NCBI GenBank assembly: GCA_964431965.1
Contig: CAYSLU010000013.1
Coordinates: 899-64,898 of the forward strand
Direction: 5' to 3'
Source of the DNA: an uncultured Verrucomicrobiota bacterium
GTDB lineage: Bacteria > Verrucomicrobiota > Kiritimatiellia > CAIKKV01 > CAYSLU01
DNA: 64,000 nucleotides
The notes beneath the pieces are model-generated. The model was given only the letters and a program-made list of their open reading frames with translations, searched no databases and was not told the DNA's origin. Made by a program: the position numbers and the translations under genes. Numbering within the stretch: the stretch's first letter is position 1; each line of letters begins with the position of its first letter. Below, one piece after another: positions 10,401 through 17,256 of the stretch.

Positions 10401-11682
10401 AGGAGGGGAAGACGCCGATGTCCGCGCCGGAGATCGCCGTGTAGTAATCCATGTTGAGGGCGCCGTCGTACCCGTTCAGGAAGGCGGGCACGAAGATGAC
10501 GCCGACCCGGCTGTCCGGGGCGTTGCGCAGGCCGAGCTCGCGGCATGAGTTCGTGATGGGGTCACCGGCCTCGTGGTCGAGGCGGTGGGTGGCGAGCCGG
10601 TGCATGCCGCCGGGGTGGGCGGGGTCGACGATGCTGCTGGGGATCACTTCCTTGTGGCCGGCCATGACGAGGCAGAATGCCAGCACGGGGCGATCGGGGG
10701 TCGTGTCAGCCTCCAGGCGCTGAAGCGCCTGCAGGAAGACGTCGATTCCCTTGTTGTGGAACTCATACCGGCCGGAGATGACCATGATGGTCGTGTGCGG
10801 CGGGAAGGTCTTGTCGAGGAAGCGGGCCGCGAAGTCCAGCAGGCGCTGGCGGGCGGCGAGCGCCGGCGCGCGGTCCACGCTCAGGTCCGGGATCGACCCG
10901 AGGTCGAGGCCGTTGGGAACGATGACGTCCGGGGTTCGGCCCAGAAAGCTCCGGGCCTCGGTTGCCGTGATCGCGCTGACGGTCGTGAAGCAGTCCGACT
11001 CGCGCGCCGTGGCGCACTCCATCGAGCACTTGGCCACGACGTTGAAGGCGGTGGCTTCCTTCTGCGGGGAGATGTGCTCGATGTCGCCGTAGATGTCGAC
11101 GCCCGATCCAGCCAGGGCGCGGCCGAGCATGGTGGCGTGGGTCGTGAACACCGTGGCGATCTCGGGCGTGGACTTCTTCACCTGAAGGAGCGCGGCGCCG
11201 CACATCCACTCGTGCACGTGCGCGATGGCCTCCCCGCCGTGGGGTGCGACGACCACGTTGTAGATCGTCTCGATCACCTCGCCGCAGGCGTGGCCGAACA
11301 TGACCGGTTCGATGTAGTCCCACTGGCCCGCGATGGAGTCGATCCCGTAGTCCTCCCACAGCTGGTAGAGGAGCTGCTCCTTGTTGTACTTCCGCCCGAA
11401 GTCGATCAGGATGGCCTTCGGGTTGCCGGGGATGCGCCACCGGCCGAAGCGGCACGGAATCTCCTTGATCGCCGTGGCCTCGCGCACGCGCTGCCAGCAC
11501 TCCTCGTCGGTCTCCTCGAACTCCGCGTTGGTCTTGAGGTCGGGGCCGAGCACGTAGTAGTTCTCGCCGAAGGTATCGGCGGCCGTGCGGGCCTTGCTCT
11601 GCAGGACCGTGTAGATCCCGCCGACCTTGTTGCAGACTTCCCAGCTCACCTCGAAGAGGTATCGGTTCGGTTTCGGCTCCAT
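7432..11682 (-). CDS. bifunctional fusion of an N-terminal GT3 eukaryote-type glycogen synthase and a C-terminal GT35 alpha-glucan phosphorylase
   Basis: The N-terminus [19 protein letters not shown] is the GT3 glycogen synthase signature. After about 560 aa come the alpha-glucan phosphorylase N-domain ([11 protein letters not shown]...[13 protein letters not shown]) and the PLP-lysine block [25 protein letters not shown]. Total length is 1416 aa. Confidence 0.8.
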   Translation of the reverse strand: [1416 protein letters not shown]

Positions 11683-11685
11683 GGC

Positions 11686-12879
11686 TCAGGCTCCCTTCGG
11701 CTGCTCGACCCGGTTGGCGAAGTCGGCCAGCACGTTCATGTATGTGATGTAGGCATCGTACGGCGAGGCGTACGGGTTGAAGTACTTGTGCACGTCTCCG
11801 TCCGCGAACCACTTGGTGCACATGTAGTAGAAGTGGTCCGACGTCTGCAGCAGGCGCCACGTCCGGAGGAGCTCGGGGTCGCGGCGGCGCTTGACGGCGC
11901 GCTCCATCTTGTAGAGCGCGGCCGCGGCGTCGTTCTGCATGTTGTTGCCGAGCCAGGCCGTGAGGTCGCGCTCGACGTCCGCCCAGGAAACGAAATGCGG
12001 AACGTCGATCTGGGCGACGGGCGCGTAGGAGGAGGCCACTTCCGCGGGTGTCTGGAACCGGAAGTCGGGGTGCTTGAGCACCTCGCGGGGGATGACGCGG
12101 AGGAAGTCGAAGATGCCGGTCTCGCTCCACTGGTGCTCGCCGAAGGTCTCGTAGTCCATGAAGAGATTGATGGTCTCGCCGGCGGCGTTGATCTGGTGGA
12201 TCCAGGCGGCGAACTTCTCGGCCGTGAGGGGGTACTCGGACCACTCGCGGTTGGAGAAGCGGAAGGCGATGTCGTCCGACAGCCGGTAGTTCTTGAGCAG
12301 GCACTTGATGCGCGTGCAGCCGGCGGGCTGGTAGACGTAGTTCGGGCTGCGCCACCCCAGGATGTGGTCGGCGCCCTCGGCCAAGATGGCCTGGTAGCCC
12401 ATGGCTTCGACCGCGCGGGCCACGTCGTTGTTGTAGATCAGCTCCGTGTTGCGGAACGTGCGGGCCGTGTGCCCGAAGAGCGCCTTCACCCGCTGCCGGT
12501 GCTGCAGGACCTGCTGCTTGAACTCGGCGGGCGAGTGCAGGAACGCCAGCGAGTGGTAGTAGGTCTCGTTGAGGAATTCGACGCAGCCGGTGTCGGCGAG
12601 GCGCCGGAAGCTGTCCAGAACGGCCGGGTTGTACTTCTCGAACTGGTCGAGGGCGACGCCGCTGATGGAGAAGGAGAACCGGAACTCGCCCCGGAACTCG
12701 CGGGCGAGCTCGAGCAGGAGCGCGTTGGCGGGGAGGTAGCACTTCGTGGCCACCTTGTTCAGGATGTCGCGGTTCTTCTCCTCGTCCTCGTAGGCGTGCG
12801 AGCGGCCGATGTCGAAGAAGCTGTAGCGCCGCAGCCGGAACGGCTGGTGCACCTGGAAGTAAAAGCACAGTGACGGCAT
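11686..12879 (-). CDS. glycoside hydrolase family 57 protein (alpha-amylase / glucan branching-like)
   Basis: The N-terminal MPSLCFYFQVHQPFRLRRY block is characteristic of GH57. Length is 397 aa. It sits 3 nt downstream of the GT4 gene. Confidence 0.85.
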   Translation of the reverse strand: MPSLCFYFQVHQPFRLRRYSFFDIGRSHAYEDEEKNRDILNKVATKCYLPANALLLELAREFRGEFRFSFSISGVALDQFEKYNPAVLDSFRRLADTGCVEFLNETYYHSLAFLHSPAEFKQQVLQHRQRVKALFGHTARTFRNTELIYNNDVARAVEAMGYQAILAEGADHILGWRSPNYVYQPAGCTRIKCLLKNYRLSDDIAFRFSNREWSEYPLTAEKFAAWIHQINAAGETINLFMDYETFGEHQWSETGIFDFLRVIPREVLKHPDFRFQTPAEVASSYAPVAQIDVPHFVSWADVERDLTAWLGNNMQNDAAAALYKMERAVKRRRDPELLRTWRLLQTSDHFYYMCTKWFADGDVHKYFNPYASPYDAYITYMNVLADFANRVEQPKGA

Positions 12880-12924
12880 GATCGCCTCCGTTGTCCGGCC
12901 CCTTCGGGCGTTCCCCCTCGCGCC

Positions 12925-14214
12925 TCAGCGCGTGATTCGCTCGTAGATCGACAGGACCGCGTCCGCCGCGGCCGCCCATCGGATGGACCGCAGCTCCTGG
13001 CGGCCGTTCCGCACCACCTCCCGCGCCAGAACGGGATACCGAAGGAGGGCGGCGATCTTCCCCGCCATCTCATCGATGTCCCAGAAGTCGACCTGCAGCG
13101 CGTGCTTGAGCACCTCGGCCACTCCGGCCTGGCGGGACACGATCACCGGAACGTCGTAGAGCATGGCCTCGAGCGGCGCGATTCCGAACGGCTCGGACAC
13201 GCTCGGCATGACATAGACGTCGCTCATCGCGTACATCCGCTCGACATCGTCCGCCCCCAGGAAGCCGGTGAAGTGGAACGCGCTCCCGATCCGCAGCTGG
13301 GCGACGCGGTCCACCATCCGCGGCAGCATGTCGCCGCTGCCCGCCATCACAAACGTGACGTCGGGGAGGCTGTGGAGGACGCGCGCGGCGGCCTCGACGA
13401 AGTAGTCCGGGCCCTTCTGGAACGTGACGCGGCCGAGGAAGAGCACGATGCGGCGCCCGTGCTCCTTCCGGACATGGTACACGGCGCCGGCCCGGCGGCG
13501 GGAGACGGCGTTGTGCACGACGGAGACCTTCTCGGGCGCGATTCCGTACCGGCTCAGGATGAGGCCGCGCGTGTAGTGGCTGACGGCGACGACGTGGTCC
13601 GCCGTCTCCATGGCCAGCTTCTCGATGGCGTAGACGTCGCGGTTGATGTTTTCCCCGCTGCGGTCGAACTCCAGGGCGTGCGCGTGGTACACGAGGGGCT
13701 TGCCGGAGAGCTTCCGCGCGCGGATGCCAGCCAGCGCGGTCATCCAGTCGTGCGCGTGGATGACATCAAAGCGCTCCCGCAGGGAGAGGGCGCCGGCCAC
13801 CTCGCTGTAGCGGATGACCTCCGACAGGAGGTTCGGCCCGTAGTCGCCGCCCATGTCGATCACGCTCTCGTGATGCCGGGGCTCCGGTCCGGACTCGCGC
13901 TCCCACTCGCGCCGGCGGAGCAGGGCCCGGTACTCGGGCTCGTTCAGGTAGGGCCGCAGCAGGGAGTCGACGCAGCGGACCTCCTCTTCGAGGAGGAATC
14001 GCTCGAGGCGCCGACGGCCATGGGCCACGCGCAGCGGGACGTGGGCGGCCGAGATCAGGTGCACGTGCGAGTCGGCCGGGCCGCGGGCGCGGGGGATGAC
14101 GAACAGGATCTCGGCGCCCCGTTGCCGCATGGCCATGGTCAGCCCGTGGCAGGCCGTTCCCAGACCGCCGCTGATGTGCGGCGGGAACTCCCAGCCAAAC
14201 ATGAGGACGCGCAT
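12925..14214 (-). CDS. GT4-family glycosyltransferase
   Basis: The N-terminus (VLMFGWEFPPHISGGLGTAC) and the C-terminal EPFGIAPLEAM block fit the GT-B GT4 fold. Length is 429 aa. Confidence 0.8.
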   Translation of the reverse strand: MRVLMFGWEFPPHISGGLGTACHGLTMAMRQRGAEILFVIPRARGPADSHVHLISAAHVPLRVAHGRRRLERFLLEEEVRCVDSLLRPYLNEPEYRALLRRREWERESGPEPRHHESVIDMGGDYGPNLLSEVIRYSEVAGALSLRERFDVIHAHDWMTALAGIRARKLSGKPLVYHAHALEFDRSGENINRDVYAIEKLAMETADHVVAVSHYTRGLILSRYGIAPEKVSVVHNAVSRRRAGAVYHVRKEHGRRIVLFLGRVTFQKGPDYFVEAAARVLHSLPDVTFVMAGSGDMLPRMVDRVAQLRIGSAFHFTGFLGADDVERMYAMSDVYVMPSVSEPFGIAPLEAMLYDVPVIVSRQAGVAEVLKHALQVDFWDIDEMAGKIAALLRYPVLAREVVRNGRQELRSIRWAAAADAVLSIYERITR

Positions 14215-14217
14215 GCT

Positions 14218-16215
14218 TCAGCCTCCCTTCCGCCGCGAAGGGCTGTCCAGCACCTTCAGCAGGCGCAGGATCTCGGCGACGCTCCACGCCTGCGCGATGC
14301 AGCCGTTCGGCCGGTGCGGAGGGTCGCCGTCGAACACCTCCGAGATGCTGCCCAGCCCGGCGTCCGAGAGGTGGTTGTCCAGGAGGGGGGCGATCGACCG
14401 GCGCAGGAAGGCGACGGCCTCCGACCGGTTGCGCGACACCCGCAGCATCGCGTCGCCGAAGTGGCCGAGCAGCCAGGGCCACGCCGTGCCCTGATGATAG
14501 GATCGGTCGCGCTCCTCGGGGCTCCCGGCGTAGCGCCCGCGGTAGCGGGGATCGGTCGGCGAGAGGGTGCGCAGCCCGAAGGGGGTCAGCAGGTCGTCGC
14601 GGACGCGGCGGACCACCGCCGTGGCCTGGTCGGGCTCCAGCGGCGAATGCGGCAGCGACACGGCGAACACCTGGTTCGGGCGTACCGACGCGTCGAGGCG
14701 CGCGCCGTCATGCACGTCTCCGAGGCAGCCGCCGGCGGCGTACCAGAACATCGCCCGGAAGGCGGCGGCGATCTGCTCCGGCGGGGCCGGCGGGGCAAAG
14801 CCCGAGTCGCCGAACGTGCGGGCGAGCGCGACGGCTTCGCAGACGGCGTTGTACCAGAGGGCGTTGACTTCGACCGGGAACCCGTGCCGGGGGGTGACGG
14901 GGCGGCCGTTCAGGCGCGCGTCCATCCACGTCAGCTGGGTGTCGGCGTCGCCGGCGCGCAGCAGCCCGCTCGGCGCCATGCCGATCCCGAAGTCCGTTCC
15001 GCGGGCGAACGCCGCGAGGATGCGCTTCATCGCCGGCCACAGCCCGTCGCGGACCACGGCGTCCGAGCCGCCATACCGTCGCAGTTGCTGGACGGCCCAG
15101 AAGAGCCATAGCGAGGCGTCGACCGAGTTGTAGGCGGCGCGGCCGTCGGATCCGATGCAGTTCGGGATGAGCCCCTTGTGCTCGCGTGCGGCCATGGCCA
15201 GCAGGATGGCCGCTCCCTCGTCTGCCCGGCCGCGACAGAAGGTCAGGCCCGGCAGCGATATGAGCGTGTCGCGGCCCCACGAGCCGAACCAGGGATAGCC
15301 GGCGACCACGGCCGGCTCGCCGCCCGGCCAGCGGACCAGAAAATCATCGGCCTGGTGGGCCAGCCGGACGGCGGGCGATTCCCCGCTTCTGGCGGCACGC
15401 GCGGTGGCGCGGGCGGCGGGCGGGGGGGTGGCGCGCCGGGAAGCCTCCCGCTTCCAGAGGTCCAGCGGCGAGGCGGACGGATCGGACGTGGAGGCGCGCA
15501 GCACGAGCACGCGCCCGGTTCGCAGCGGGAACTCGAACACGCCGGGCTGGAAGAGGTCTTCCCGGCCCGGGTAGCCGCGCTGCTCGTCGGTCACGTACTC
15601 GAACTGCCGGTACCAGAGCGGAGACGGCGAGAAGCCGGGCCGGATGTTCGTCGTGAGGCACAGGGGCGGCATGCCATTGTACGGCTGGATCTTGAACCCA
15701 TTCTCGATGGGGAACGTCCGGACCTGGAGAAAGATGTTTTCGCTCGTCAGCGCATCGGCGGCCCGGAAGGCGAGCAGGGGGCGGATCTGGATCGAGAACG
15801 GCGCGTCGGCGCGCTCGACGAAGTACCGGACGAGAACGGTGTTTTCGCCGTGAACCATCATCACGCTCTTGTGGATTCGGATGCCGCCGACGCGGTAGAC
15901 GGCGTGCGGCCCGTGATCCAGGCGGAACTCCTCCAGGTGGCGGTGGCCGTGCGGGTGGAACACGCCGGGGAACTTGTGGCAGGAGAGGGGGAACTCGCGC
16001 CCCTGGGCCACCAGGGTCTCGTCGATGCCGGAGAGCAGCACGAAGCGGCCGGGCGGCGTGTCCAGGCTGGCGACCAGGTACCCGTGGTATCGGCGGGTGT
16101 GGCACGAGACGACGGTGCTGGACGCGTAGCCGCCCAGGCCGTTCGTATCCAGCCATTCGAGCTCCAGGGCTTCCCGAAGGTTCTGGCTGTGCTCGTGCGT
16201 GAATCTGATTTCCAT
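14218..16215 (-). CDS. amylo-alpha-1,6-glucosidase / glycogen debranching enzyme family protein
   Basis: Its N-terminal domain resembles the bacterial/archaeal GDE N-domain, and the C-terminal region resembles an (alpha/alpha)6 GDE_C catalytic domain. Length is 665 aa. It is the first gene of the minus-strand glucan operon. Confidence 0.75.
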   Translation of the reverse strand: MEIRFTHEHSQNLREALELEWLDTNGLGGYASSTVVSCHTRRYHGYLVASLDTPPGRFVLLSGIDETLVAQGREFPLSCHKFPGVFHPHGHRHLEEFRLDHGPHAVYRVGGIRIHKSVMMVHGENTVLVRYFVERADAPFSIQIRPLLAFRAADALTSENIFLQVRTFPIENGFKIQPYNGMPPLCLTTNIRPGFSPSPLWYRQFEYVTDEQRGYPGREDLFQPGVFEFPLRTGRVLVLRASTSDPSASPLDLWKREASRRATPPPAARATARAARSGESPAVRLAHQADDFLVRWPGGEPAVVAGYPWFGSWGRDTLISLPGLTFCRGRADEGAAILLAMAAREHKGLIPNCIGSDGRAAYNSVDASLWLFWAVQQLRRYGGSDAVVRDGLWPAMKRILAAFARGTDFGIGMAPSGLLRAGDADTQLTWMDARLNGRPVTPRHGFPVEVNALWYNAVCEAVALARTFGDSGFAPPAPPEQIAAAFRAMFWYAAGGCLGDVHDGARLDASVRPNQVFAVSLPHSPLEPDQATAVVRRVRDDLLTPFGLRTLSPTDPRYRGRYAGSPEERDRSYHQGTAWPWLLGHFGDAMLRVSRNRSEAVAFLRRSIAPLLDNHLSDAGLGSISEVFDGDPPHRPNGCIAQAWSVAEILRLLKVLDSPSRRKGG

Positions 16216-16288
16216 CGTCTCGCCACTCCGCTTTACGCTCGAACGCTGTGAGCGGCGACATGGTACATGCGTTTTCCCGGGGGTTCAC

Positions 16289-16312
16289 GCAAAAAGCGAC
16301 AGCAAAAAGCGA
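16289..16312. promoter_or_regulatory. direct repeat GCAAAAAGCGA x2 in the promoter region of the glucan operon, a candidate operator
   Basis: GCAAAAAGCGA occurs at 16289-16299 and 16302-16312. It is one of the few A-rich stretches in the window and lies 75-100 nt upstream of the GDE start at 16215 on the minus strand. Confidence 0.3.
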
Positions 16313-16405
16313 ACCGCCGCGTGATGGGCCGGTGACGCGAGGGGGACGGAGCCCGAACCGGCCGGGCACGGCCGGCTCCAAGGAACCCGCTTCGCTTCGT
16401 CCCGT

Positions 16406-16430
16406 GGAGACGGCGGTCTCCGCCGTTCCG
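16406..16430 (-). terminator. GC-rich hairpin downstream of the two-component operon, a possible U-tract-less terminator
   Basis: GGAGACGGCGGTCTCCGCCGTTCC is a near-perfect palindrome about 45 nt past the stop of the 16474-17256 gene. No T-tract follows it. Confidence 0.25.
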
Positions 16431-16473
16431 ACCCTCCCGTCACGGACGCCTTACACCGCCGCGGGCGGCCGGC

Positions 16474-17256
16474 TCAGACCGGAGCCGGCGTCTCGCCCCG
16501 GCGGATCGCGTCGATCGTCTTGACCAGCCGCACGGGCAGGTTGCTCGGCACGAAGGCGGCCAAGTTGATCGGCCGCGAGGCGGCATCGCGCATCCCGCTC
16601 TCGTCGTAGACGATCACGGGCACGCCTTTGACGCTGGGCAGGGTGGACAGGATGGCGGCCGCGGCCGTGCCTTTCATGCGGGGGAGCAGCTGCTTGATCA
16701 CGATGACGGCCGGCGGCTCCATCACCGCCCGCTCGATGACCGCGTAGCCGTCCGCCACGGCGGTTACGGCATAGCCGGCCATGCCGATCACTTTGACCAT
16801 GTTTTCGCGCACCTCGGGATCGTCCTCGGCGAGGAGGACCTTCCATCCGGCTTCGCTGTCCGCCCCGCCGCCCGCGCTGGCGCGCCGCGCGGAGATGATC
16901 CGCCGCACCTCGCGGGTGAGCGTCTCGGGGTCCGACGTCTTGGGAAGGAACCCCGTCACCTCCACCTGCTGGAAGAACTTGTCCAGCTCGGCGCGCGCCG
17001 TGAAGATCAGGACGGGGTACATCAGGCTGCCCTGCGGAGTGGTCACCTTTCGGAGAAACGCCATGCCGCCCTCGCCGGGCATGCTGATGTCCAGGATGAT
17101 CAGGTCCGGCCGCGCGTCGTTCAGCCGTTCGAGCGCCTGCTCGCTGCTGGCGGCGCGGATCACCGCGTAGCCTTCCGACTCGAGCCGGTCCCCCACGGTC
17201 AACAGGATGGCCGGATCGTCGTCAACCAGCAGAATCGTATCTTTGTGTCCGCTCAT
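16474..17256 (-). CDS. response regulator with two receiver domains; the second looks like a pseudo-receiver
   Basis: Domain 1 has LLVDDD, ILDISMPG and FLPK. In domain 2 the ILD position reads VIVIKQLLP, so the phospho-acceptor Asp appears to be replaced by Lys. Confidence 0.8.
   Translation of the reverse strand: MSGHKDTILLVDDDPAILLTVGDRLESEGYAVIRAASSEQALERLNDARPDLIILDISMPGEGGMAFLRKVTTPQGSLMYPVLIFTARAELDKFFQQVEVTGFLPKTSDPETLTREVRRIISARRASAGGGADSEAGWKVLLAEDDPEVRENMVKVIGMAGYAVTAVADGYAVIERAVMEPPAVIVIKQLLPRMKGTAAAAILSTLPSVKGVPVIVYDESGMRDAASRPINLAAFVPSNLPVRLVKTIDAIRRGETPAPV

Noticed and set aside
7510-10548. A 1012-aa ORF on the plus strand, and similar very long ORFs at 10573-12873 (+), 10763-12979 (-), 13102-15111 (+), 17406-20084 (+), 25007-26773 (-), 33612-35063 (+), 59797-61611 (+) and 61675-63120 (-)
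   Set aside because: All lie antisense to, or frame-shifted from, genes with clear family signatures. They translate to Arg/Gly/Pro/Ala-rich low-complexity sequence with no motifs. This is the typical stop-codon depletion of ~70% GC DNA.
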